From positions 1-28,433 of the IMG/VR virus record IMGVR_UViG_3300044513_002415: a stretch of 28,433 nt of DNA. One strand, written 5' to 3'. Under the pieces are notes generated by a model, which had not been told where the DNA came from, searched no databases, and saw nothing but the letters and a program-made list of their open reading frames with translations. Positions 17,301 through 24,875 of the stretch are shown here, piece by piece. The position numbers were made by a program, and so were the translations under genes. Each line of letters opens with the position of its first letter. The stretch's first letter is position 1. The DNA comes from a virus (lineage: Duplodnaviria; Caudoviricetes).

Positions 17301-19195
17301 AAAGTCATAAAGTCGCCAACATTTGGTAAAATTGACCCAGCTTTTACTGTTATAGTGGTTCCTGTATATGGACCACCTTGAACTGACGCTGTAGTTGATT
17401 TTAAATCAAAGTCAGATTTTTCAGACACAGCGACATTGTAATTCAAACTAGGTGGTGGAGTATGCTTATCTTGATAGTTAGCATATATAACTCTATTGCC
17501 AGATACTTCTTGAGCTAAGGCTTTGACAGGTATTTTATCAAAAACTCTCGTTGTAGTTTTTTCTGGTAAAGTTTTAAAAGGATTTTTTGACTGATAATTA
17601 TAAGAAAAATAGTTTGGATTATCAGCGTTTAATATAACATCGTCCAATAATGTTTGAGGTAAATCTACTGTAACTTGGCCACCAGTAGAAGGATTGTTTA
17701 AATCTATTGGATCGTAAGAAACGACTTTAGGTTTCCCTACAATACCAAAACCTGTTATTAAACTTCCAACATTAATACCACCTTGCAGATTATCTATATC
17801 AAAAACAGTTTGATTTGTTACAGCCCCATTAACGTTAAAAGTTCCGGCAGAACTTATAACATCTTCAATAGGAACCGTGTCTACAACTTTTACCGCTACA
17901 GAATTAGACTCTTTGTATAATATATCTATGTTTTTTATTTTTAAACTATTAGCTATATTATAATTTGAAAAAGGAAGAGGTATTTTTAAGTCTATACTAT
18001 TAGCTTTATTTTCAACGAAACTCACTATAGTACTTCTGTACGCATCAGACTGATCATTAACTTCACTTAAGTCATCTTTTTTAACATACATAAAATATCC
18101 ATCTTGCTTTGGTATAAAAGCAATTTGAGTAAAAGGAGCAAACAAAGAATATTCGTTATCTTCAAACTGAAATCGGTAACTAAACCTAGCAAATTTATCT
18201 TCTAAAAAATCAGGATCTCCAGCAAAATCTGGGTCATAGTAAGGATTTGGGTTTAATATTATTTCTGTATTTGCAGTTAAATTTTCAAAAACAGAACTAG
18301 TAGCTGTTATTGTCCAAAAAGGATTGGCAGGATCTGTAGTGTCATTGTAAACAGCTGTATCAACTTCCGAATTTGGTATAGGTATTATTTTGCCACTAAC
18401 ATTATCTACATATGCTAAGCTAGAACCTGAGTCATAAACATCTGCTTGAGTTATTATATCTCCTTCAAAAGATTTTAGTTCTATTGTAGATTGAGGCGTT
18501 GCTCCTATAGCAGTTCTTACATTTCCAGCTCCACCATTTGGATAATACTTGCTAACAACATCTTTTATAGTAGATTCATTCTCTCCATCTACTGTAGATA
18601 AATAGCTTTTTTCGTAAAGTTCTATACAAGAATAAGGGTTATATTTTGCAACTGATATTTGATCTTCAGTAGTATAATAAGTTGGATTAGATAAATTAGA
18701 TGGATTAGCTAGATCTACATTTATTTTTCTTGGCTGATTTCTGTTGTCTGTCCAAAACAACAAGCTTTCTAACATATTTACACCATATATAGGATTTGTT
18801 TTAGAGAAATTTAAAAAGGCTCCTTGGACAAGTAAAGTTAAGCTATTGTTTTGAACATTACAGGCAAATATATAGTTTTTAGCATCTGGACTGTAAGGAG
18901 GATTATTTGAAAATGAATCATTTATGTATGGGTAGTTTGTAAGAAAAACATATACTGTATTTAATTGATCATTTGCTAAATATCCTATGCAGTAAAGATT
19001 AGATACTCCAGTAGCCGCTTCGAAATCAAAAACCTTATTGTTACCTAAAACATTTTCAACCGATCCAACAGAGTCACCTTCTGATCTACTTATTTGTACA
19101 TTTACAGCATTTCTATATTCTCCGCTTGGTATCAAGCGAGCGTCTAAGTCTTTATTCATCTTAGACTTTAAAAAAGTATTTATAGCTTTAGCCAT
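14372..19195 (-). CDS. Large tail protein (muzzle/stabilisation-like N-terminal part) with inserted beta-repeat modules and an Ig/cadherin-like C-terminal extension
   Basis: F...KMNKDLD.RL.P.GEYR.A.N and LLFWTDN.NQPRKIN and RFSYRF...D.EYS..APF blocks are typical of crAss-like tail stabilisation proteins; follows the ring-protein genes. Confidence 0.7.
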   Translation of the reverse strand: MAKAINTFLKSKMNKDLDARLIPSGEYRNAVNVQISRSEGDSVGSVENVLGNNKVFDFEAATGVSNLYCIGYLANDQLNTVYVFLTNYPYINDSFSNNPPYSPDAKNYIFACNVQNNSLTLLVQGAFLNFSKTNPIYGVNMLESLLFWTDNRNQPRKINVDLANPSNLSNPTYYTTEDQISVAKYNPYSCIELYEKSYLSTVDGENESTIKDVVSKYYPNGGAGNVRTAIGATPQSTIELKSFEGDIITQADVYDSGSSLAYVDNVSGKIIPIPNSEVDTAVYNDTTDPANPFWTITATSSVFENLTANTEIILNPNPYYDPDFAGDPDFLEDKFARFSYRFQFEDNEYSLFAPFTQIAFIPKQDGYFMYVKKDDLSEVNDQSDAYRSTIVSFVENKANSIDLKIPLPFSNYNIANSLKIKNIDILYKESNSVAVKVVDTVPIEDVISSAGTFNVNGAVTNQTVFDIDNLQGGINVGSLITGFGIVGKPKVVSYDPIDLNNPSTGGQVTVDLPQTLLDDVILNADNPNYFSYNYQSKNPFKTLPEKTTTRVFDKIPVKALAQEVSGNRVIYANYQDKHTPPPSLNYNVAVSEKSDFDLKSTTASVQGGPYTGTTITVKAGSILPNVGDFMTLVTGSGVIPEDTQVVSITASGGNYDIVLSESVTGLAASSIVFFEPGADTTQTTSIIEYPNSTVKTNRNYQAGIVLSDRYGRTSTVLLSNNKDTVKVGLFSFSGDTIYSAYKDNSASYIPGSWAGDSLKILFNEVISSTKNNQLGTPGIYNGDPTSLDYNPLGWYSYKIVIKQTEQEYYNVYLPGIMASYPVDQSLEIGKTSHIVLINDNINKVPRDLSEVGPQQRQFRSSVQLFGRVENTDILIDPTSNLGAANTQYYPKRSSDTVSTISTVADLFEYTTIGDTAPRPNYFPQFYSVDSNPLIAKISTNKKIGQISTTNYDPVTATVGVSATTNIIQVANVSGDVSTIVIGSKVSGQGLPEDLEVSGSAWTPPSSPVTITTATATTNNTITTNDPVPANNSSVVGPGIPDGTIIISSNSSVSPKVITLNNVVNVNAGTSVDISTLGKIEVNQSVSVTRGKDIVVTGEELPGIQYLAVYETKPEESLLDIFWETSTSGLIEDLNNAVLNESSGGADLFGFNPTPFNEGIQDGDNVSSSSIFIVDNFGIQVPVSSINSPLEIVSQKNYVTPIPEDVNYFELYEVVPGANEYNIRVNTNYFNNIFFDNNDELRKFTINLQATVNDLVTPFSLQLDLANLSPTISSPSPGEEILVTPSTYQITTIVCQNGSGNVNLSNILNENSVEIVSIINSSGNNITQSGFFELNNAYQNPNGNFEITLFNIQGIFIPADRYEFTVRVTDAGGENDSVEVDFVVDFGVRVEDVKTYRYFTRAYSPFNPNLAMKGPCLSSRCWQYYTTFKVTEGPVAAQGWYLYNGPWSTDIGGIINGEQGFNDLNQTYAGQPFTNSDDPGQFPNFPELCYVGSLIEGGNNTGFGPGFTGGGINRVGNNLTILGGASDVNLPFGRTGARMLRASFVQGEAELHSQWRTNCKYIRRIESGTSKGIYTQPSNAIVTYDAELQATTNIPQEEVDQYRWNVEL

Positions 19196-19201
19196 TTAAT
19201 T

Positions 19202-20434
19202 TTAGTGTTTTATCCATTTAGATTTACCTCTCATAACTTGAACTATTTCAGTTAGTTTTATGTTAGATAATCTAATTTTAGCGTTTCTTAATTTAGAGCT
19301 TCTGTCTCTTTTAAGTCTTTGAACTAAATACTCAGGTTGATTAGCTCTAGTAGATACTATGTAGTGTAGTATAGAAGCGTATAAAGCTTCTTCTGCTAGT
19401 TTAGGTATTTTAGTATCTTTGTCGTATGCTAAACCATCAGAGATGTATTCTAAAACAATTAACTTATCAACTAGGTCGCTTGAAAAGGACATCTTGCCTT
19501 CTCTTTCGTCTATTGTAAAATAACCATTTACATTAGCATATTGTGGATCTGTACCATAAAATTGACCTACATTCCAGTTACCGTTATATCCGTAAGCATT
19601 GCTAAAATAAGCCCAATCATCTAAATCAAAATTATTATTTAGAATCTGAGTATTCATGCTATCAAATCTTTCCTTAGTTAAAGAAGTTCCTTCTATGTTT
19701 TCACCAAAGTTGTCTTGAGTAGGAACACCTTTATTATCTTGAATAGGTGTATTATATGGTATTGTAGTCAAGTTATTAGTAGGAAATATAGGTCTTTTTA
19801 CACCATATTTATCTATCCAAGATACTTTAACGTAGCTAACATAGTCTTGAGGAAGAATTATATTTAAGCTAGATGGTATTGTAAGTTCTTGAGAGTGTAT
19901 GCTTTTTAAAGTGTCATAGCTGAACTCTTGTAAGGATCTTTTAGCAAAAAATAATACATCTGATTTTTTAGCTGTTTGAATTATTTTACCATCACCAACA
20001 TAACCAACTATAAAATTATCTATAGCATCGTTTAGTGTTATATAGCTGTAACTACCGTAATTATTTTCAACAGTATCGCCTAAGGCTTCTTCAGATGGAG
20101 AATCAGCATAATTACCACCATCTAATTTTTTCAATTGAACAACTAAAAAAACATCAGTAGGTAGATCACCTACTACTGTTATTGTGTTATCCTTAACAGT
20201 ATATTCTGATGTATATTCTGTCCAGCTACCAGGATTTGGTAAACCTGTGGTGCTTGTGTATATTTTAAAATTATTTAAAGTATAATTTATGTCGCTAGGA
20301 TCATAAGATCCAAAAACTAAATCTGTATCAAATGTAGTTGTGAAAGTTTGATTAGAAAAAGGAGCAACTCCTACACCTCTAAAGCCTTGAGCACCTTGAT
20401 AATACTGTTGGTTTGTTTCTGTTATTAAACTCAT
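19202..20434 (-). CDS. Tail tubular / ring (adaptor) protein
   Basis: Position, plus LPQDYV.YV..SW.D..G, L.YISDGL and .IPKLAEEAL...I motifs of head-tail adaptor (P22 gp4-like) ring proteins. Confidence 0.65.
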   Translation of the reverse strand: MSLITETNQQYYQGAQGFRGVGVAPFSNQTFTTTFDTDLVFGSYDPSDINYTLNNFKIYTSTTGLPNPGSWTEYTSEYTVKDNTITVVGDLPTDVFLVVQLKKLDGGNYADSPSEEALGDTVENNYGSYSYITLNDAIDNFIVGYVGDGKIIQTAKKSDVLFFAKRSLQEFSYDTLKSIHSQELTIPSSLNIILPQDYVSYVKVSWIDKYGVKRPIFPTNNLTTIPYNTPIQDNKGVPTQDNFGENIEGTSLTKERFDSMNTQILNNNFDLDDWAYFSNAYGYNGNWNVGQFYGTDPQYANVNGYFTIDEREGKMSFSSDLVDKLIVLEYISDGLAYDKDTKIPKLAEEALYASILHYIVSTRANQPEYLVQRLKRDRSSKLRNAKIRLSNIKLTEIVQVMRGKSKWIKH

Positions 20435-20438
20435 TTAA

Positions 20439-21212
20439 TTAAGATTTTTCGTTTATTTCAGTTTGTTGAATTTCTTGAGAAGCAACATTTATAACATTTG
20501 GATCGTTTACTATAACGCCACAATATTTTAATATTCTAATTATAATATTAGACTGTTCGGAAATATCTAATTCAAAATCTGTAGAATTAATAGAACTATA
20601 AATATAAGAATTATTAGTACTAATATTGAACCTCCAAAAAGGCGTGGCGGGTTTAAACAAAACATTAACTTTAACGGAGTTAGGTGCTGGATCTATATAT
20701 AAAATAGGGGCAGATGAATTTACTGAAATAGAAGGTTTTGTGTAAAATAATGGATTTTTTTTTGTAGGTGCTGTTAGCTTAGATCTTGTTATCTTATTAT
20801 AATCACTCTTAGTTACAAGCTGCGCGATTGAATTATCATTACTGCTACCCACATAGTATGAAACAACATCACCGATGTTGTATACAATTCTATTAGTCAA
20901 TCCGTTTTCATCAAAAAGTGGATATATAAACTCATTTACATTAGCTCCGTTAGGTTCAAAATCAACCTCATCGATAAAAGGATTTAATTTGTATGATATA
21001 TTTTTAAAAATATTAAAAAACTCAGTATCGTTTTGAGAGTTGTTTTGGTTTAATCTATTAACTTGATTTCCATCTGGAAAATATGATTCAAATATCTCAT
21101 CTTGTACTTGCGCGGCTAAGCTATTAAATTCAGCTGGGGTTACATAGCCTCTTTGTTCTTTGTTTAATATATACAAGACTGTTTGATATACTGTATTTAT
21201 GTTTACCGCCAT
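20439..21212 (-). CDS. Tail tubular / ring (head-tail connector) protein
   Basis: N-terminal LNKEQRGY.TP.EFN..A..Q helix motif and C-terminal DFEL..SE...I..IL.Y.G; position after the capsid genes. Confidence 0.65.
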   Translation of the reverse strand: MAVNINTVYQTVLYILNKEQRGYVTPAEFNSLAAQVQDEIFESYFPDGNQVNRLNQNNSQNDTEFFNIFKNISYKLNPFIDEVDFEPNGANVNEFIYPLFDENGLTNRIVYNIGDVVSYYVGSSNDNSIAQLVTKSDYNKITRSKLTAPTKKNPLFYTKPSISVNSSAPILYIDPAPNSVKVNVLFKPATPFWRFNISTNNSYIYSSINSTDFELDISEQSNIIIRILKYCGVIVNDPNVINVASQEIQQTEINEKS

Positions 21213-21236
21213 TTTTATATTTTTATTATAATATAG

Positions 21237-21260
21237 TGGAGACTACTTTCGTAGTCCCCA
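21237..21260 (-). promoter_or_regulatory. GAAA-tetraloop hairpin upstream of the 257-aa gene (weak terminator or 5' stabiliser)
   Basis: Minus strand TGGGGACTAC-GAAA-GTAGTCTCCA: 10-bp stem with one G-U pair; no clean U-tract follows. Confidence 0.65.
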
Positions 21261-21269
21261 TCATATTAA

Positions 21270-21285
21270 TATCACTTGTTTTTAT
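21270..21285 (-). promoter_or_regulatory. Repeated motif ATAAAAACAAGTGATA (candidate phage promoter or operator), copy 2
   Basis: 15 of 16 nt identical to 14350-14365. Confidence 0.5.
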
Positions 21286-22106
21286 AGTTTTTTCTCTATT
21301 GATCTAAAAACTTCAACACCTTCGTCTGTTTTTAAGAAAGCAGCGAAAGCTGAATATGGATTTTCATCAAACGGAACGTTCATTAATTTTCTACCATTTG
21401 ATCCCCACGTAAATGTTCTTTGATCTCCAGAAAGATTTATGATTCCAGCTTCAGCAGCTCTAATAGCTATATTTCTAAGCTGAACATTATCATCATTAGC
21501 TAAAGCAACAAATCCTGTAGGATTACTTTTAGCAAATAAAAGTAAATCTCTTTTTAGTTCTTTTGAGCTCATTGTAGAAACAGCTGAACCAAGTTCAACT
21601 CTTAGAATAGCTTCTGCTTGATCTATATCTATTTCTCTAGCTAAGTTCATAGCATCTATTTGTGTTTCTAAAGTATCTAATTCGTCTTCAGCTACAGCTA
21701 TAGAGCTATATTCATAATATCTTTTATCTTTATATGGGTGATATAGAGATAATAATTTTTGTAAATTTTGTTTTTCTTTAGGAACATAAAGTAAACCTTC
21801 TTTAAACATAATATGACCTAATGTAACCTCTCCTTTTTGTTCTTGAACAAAACAAGAGTTTTGATTAGTAGCATATCTTAATTCTTTTTGCTCTCCATTT
21901 TTTTCGTCAAACCAAAGAAGTGGATATCTAGAGCCGTGTCTAGAAGGCATTGTATATGTTAAAGGTGTTTTGTTACCTTTTAAAATGTATGTTCTATCTT
22001 TTATTTCCCAACTTGGTTTAGCTGGTTGTTTTGGTTCTACAGGTTTCTGTACAACCGGCTGAGGTGCAACCTCAACAGTTTCTTCTGCTTTAGCCTTTTT
22101 AGCCAT
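21282..22106 (-). CDS. Conserved-looking virion-module protein downstream of the major capsid protein (274 aa)
   Basis: Well-formed ORF with a Pro/Lys-rich N-terminal arm; function not recognised. Confidence 0.6.
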   Translation of the reverse strand: MAKKAKAEETVEVAPQPVVQKPVEPKQPAKPSWEIKDRTYILKGNKTPLTYTMPSRHGSRYPLLWFDEKNGEQKELRYATNQNSCFVQEQKGEVTLGHIMFKEGLLYVPKEKQNLQKLLSLYHPYKDKRYYEYSSIAVAEDELDTLETQIDAMNLAREIDIDQAEAILRVELGSAVSTMSSKELKRDLLLFAKSNPTGFVALANDDNVQLRNIAIRAAEAGIINLSGDQRTFTWGSNGRKLMNVPFDENPYSAFAAFLKTDEGVEVFRSIEKKL

Positions 22107-22134
22107 GATATAATAAAATTAAATAGTTAATAAT

Positions 22135-22172
22135 AAAAATCATGAGGCCGCAAAACGCGACCCCAAGATTTT
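22135..22172 (-). terminator. Intrinsic terminator after the major capsid gene
   Basis: Minus strand AAAATCTT-GGGGTCGC-GTTTT-GCGGCCTC-ATGATTTTT. The stem needs G-U pairs that work only on the minus strand, and a U-tract follows. Confidence 0.8.
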
Positions 22173-22181
22173 AAAGTATAA

Positions 22182-23642
22182 TTAAGCAGTAAACAATACA
22201 AAGTTGTTTGCTCCTTGTACAACCAAACATCTTTCAGAAAGGAAGTGTACTTCCATTGCGTCAAGATCTGAAGTGTAAGCTCCTCCTACAGAACCAGTGA
22301 TCCAGTTTTTCATACGACGATCATCAGCTTGTGAAGCTCGGTAACGAACGTGTAAGAAAGGACGACGGATATTTGTTCCTAAGATTTGATCGTAAACAGT
22401 TGAAGTTCCAGCTGGTACTAATACACCATCAATACTAGAAGTTGTTAAACCTCCACGAGTGGAAGCATCGTTTAAATATTTCCAATCAGTTTTGTAGAAA
22501 TCGTAAGATCCTCTACGGAAACCGCTAAATCCAAGATTTAAAGCCATTTCTTCAGAGTTTTCAAACAATCCATAAGCAGTACCACCTTGAGCACCAGCAG
22601 AAAGACCAGCAAGCATATCATCGAAAGATAAAGCAGTTTCTCTGTTTAAGAAAAGCATGTTTTCTTCGATAGCTCCTTGAGTATCTAGGTTTTTCAAAAT
22701 AGAATCAAAGTCGTTTAATTGACCAGTACCAGTATTGAAAGCAGAAACTACGTTACCTCTTTCGTTAATAGCAGCAAAAAGACCTTGAGTACCTTTTACA
22801 CCTACGGTAGATGTTCCACCTTTTAATTCACCTTCAACTACAGACATTTCTAGATAATCTTCAAAACGTAGTCTTGTTTCAGACTCAGCTTTTAAATACC
22901 ATAAGAAACCACCTGTTCCGTCTTCAGTAGCAACTTCTACCCAACCGATTTGAGCAGTATCAGAACCGTTAACAGCATATTTGTCTTTGATGATAATTGG
23001 AGAGTTAGAATACTGAGTGAAAGAAGGCTCTACAGAGAGTCTGTCAGAATCAGTAGTTCCTTTTCCATATTCAGAACCATATACAAATATTTTCAAAGCA
23101 GGAGAACCTGTTACTAAATCAACTTCGCTAGGACTTAAAGCAGAAACAGCTTCCTGAGTGTAAGGCTTAACAGTTAATTCACCAGCTGCTAAAGAAGAAC
23201 CTGGAGTTGCGCCAGAAGCAACAACATAACATTTAAGCTCGTCTCCATTAGCTCCATTAGTTACAACAATAGTTGAACCAGGAGATACTACATTTTCTAC
23301 TAGAGTAGCTCCAGCTCCACCTACAGGAATAGTTAAAGTAGATACGATATTTGGAGTAGTTCCAGTTGAAGTAGCAACGACACCATTGTAAGATATGTGT
23401 AATCTATTTTGTTCAGACCAAACTACTTGATCAGAAGTCATAGGCATTTCAGCGCCTACCATTCGTAAAAATCCAGATAACGTTCTGTTTCCATAACGCT
23501 CTACCTCAGCTTCGTAGATTTCTGGTAAATATTGCTGAGCGAAATCGCTAGTACCATTTGTAAAGTTCAAATAGTTTGTTTCTAGCGCTTGTTGTGTTTG
23601 CGATGGTTTTATTGTTCCAAACGCAGGTGCTACATTAGCCAT
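22182..23642 (-). CDS. Major capsid protein (HK97-fold, crAss-like size and position)
   Basis: 486 aa, after portal and scaffold; W.EQ.RL E-loop-like motif, G..GL...I..RG motif, C-terminal HFLSERCL.V.GANNF; followed by a terminator. Confidence 0.85.
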   Translation of the reverse strand: MANVAPAFGTIKPSQTQQALETNYLNFTNGTSDFAQQYLPEIYEAEVERYGNRTLSGFLRMVGAEMPMTSDQVVWSEQNRLHISYNGVVATSTGTTPNIVSTLTIPVGGAGATLVENVVSPGSTIVVTNGANGDELKCYVVASGATPGSSLAAGELTVKPYTQEAVSALSPSEVDLVTGSPALKIFVYGSEYGKGTTDSDRLSVEPSFTQYSNSPIIIKDKYAVNGSDTAQIGWVEVATEDGTGGFLWYLKAESETRLRFEDYLEMSVVEGELKGGTSTVGVKGTQGLFAAINERGNVVSAFNTGTGQLNDFDSILKNLDTQGAIEENMLFLNRETALSFDDMLAGLSAGAQGGTAYGLFENSEEMALNLGFSGFRRGSYDFYKTDWKYLNDASTRGGLTTSSIDGVLVPAGTSTVYDQILGTNIRRPFLHVRYRASQADDRRMKNWITGSVGGAYTSDLDAMEVHFLSERCLVVQGANNFVLFTA

Positions 23643-23655
23643 AATTTTTTAATTT

Positions 23656-24843
23656 TTAGTTTTTGAATTTTTTAATTTTAAGTTTTGTAGAATCAGCACC
23701 ACTAATAGCTTTTACTTTAAAACCATTAATAAACACATCACCGTTACTAGTAGGTCTTGCTTTAGTGTCACTAAGATTTTTAGATTTACTAACAACCTCT
23801 TTAACAGCATCAGCTTTACCTTGTTCATAAAAGTGAGATGCGATACGATCTACATTTTCTGCAGCATACATAGCCTTGTGATAGCCAGAATAATCTTTAA
23901 CAGAACCATTTGAATCAAGGAACTTCCCGATTAGGTTGTTAATATTAGACTGTTTCTCAGCGACAACGTCAGTGTTTTGAATTTTATACCTATACTTCTT
24001 TTCACCTACGCTAATATCGAAACCTTCGAAATCTTCAGTAAAAAGTTTTTTAGTATTATTTTTAAACTCTTCGTGCTGTTGTTTAGCTGTTTCCTGCTGC
24101 TTGTTATATCGATTGAAAAAGTCCATAGCTTTCTGAGCGTCAGGGTTTACATTTGATTTCAACTTGATATCAGCGTAATATTTATCCTTAGTCTCGTTTA
24201 AAAAGCGTCTGGCTTTTGCAACTTCTTCTTTAAATGCAAGTTTTTTCTTGCGTATATCTTTATCTTCATCTAAATCTTCATCGTATTGAAAATCTTCTAA
24301 CAATAAATCAATATCTGAATTATCAAGATATGGTTTTTCTTTTTTATAATACTCTTTTAACAATGTGTTATCGTCTATGCTAGAGTAATCAGCATTTAAT
24401 CTAACGTAGTCTTCTACGCTACCACCAGTCTCTTCCATAAAAGAAACTAGCTTTTCTATATTTTCAGGTAATTGCTTACCTAAAACTTTTTCATCTCTAA
24501 TAGCTTCTTTAAGTTCTTGCTTTACTTCAGCTACTTCTTCAATAATTTCTATTGGAGATTCTACTGCTTCTTCGGTGGCCCGTACTTCTTCAACCACTTC
24601 TTCGCTGTCGCTACTGTTTTTGGGCTCTTCGATAATAACATTGCTATCATCTGTCTCTTGTGTTTGAACGGCATCTTCTTTTGGTATTTCGACTTTAACA
24701 ACATCTGGTACAACTTTACCTTGAGCCTCTGGCTTAGTTAAGTCTACTTTAGTTACTTCGTCTTTTTTAACTAGTTTTTTAGGTGTAGTTTTCTTTTTAC
24801 CTTTTAAGGTAAACTTACCTTCTTGTTTTACTTCTGTTGACAT
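23656..24843 (-). CDS. Putative capsid scaffolding protein
   Basis: Acidic, low-complexity and helical; lies between portal and major capsid protein; C-terminal A.HFYEQGKADA motif. Confidence 0.7.
   Translation of the reverse strand: MSTEVKQEGKFTLKGKKKTTPKKLVKKDEVTKVDLTKPEAQGKVVPDVVKVEIPKEDAVQTQETDDSNVIIEEPKNSSDSEEVVEEVRATEEAVESPIEIIEEVAEVKQELKEAIRDEKVLGKQLPENIEKLVSFMEETGGSVEDYVRLNADYSSIDDNTLLKEYYKKEKPYLDNSDIDLLLEDFQYDEDLDEDKDIRKKKLAFKEEVAKARRFLNETKDKYYADIKLKSNVNPDAQKAMDFFNRYNKQQETAKQQHEEFKNNTKKLFTEDFEGFDISVGEKKYRYKIQNTDVVAEKQSNINNLIGKFLDSNGSVKDYSGYHKAMYAAENVDRIASHFYEQGKADAVKEVVSKSKNLSDTKARPTSNGDVFINGFKVKAISGADSTKLKIKKFKN
24561..24674 (-). CDS. Candidate overprinted 37-aa basic ORF (+1 frame) inside the scaffold gene
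   Basis: MPFKHKRQMIAMLLSKSPKTVATAKKWLKKYGPPKKQ*; A-rich upstream sequence with A at -3; locally atypical codons in the host frame. Confidence 0.55.
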   Translation of the reverse strand: MPFKHKRQMIAMLLSKSPKTVATAKKWLKKYGPPKKQ

Positions 24844-24875
24844 AATATAATATAATTTAAAAAAATGTTATAGCA

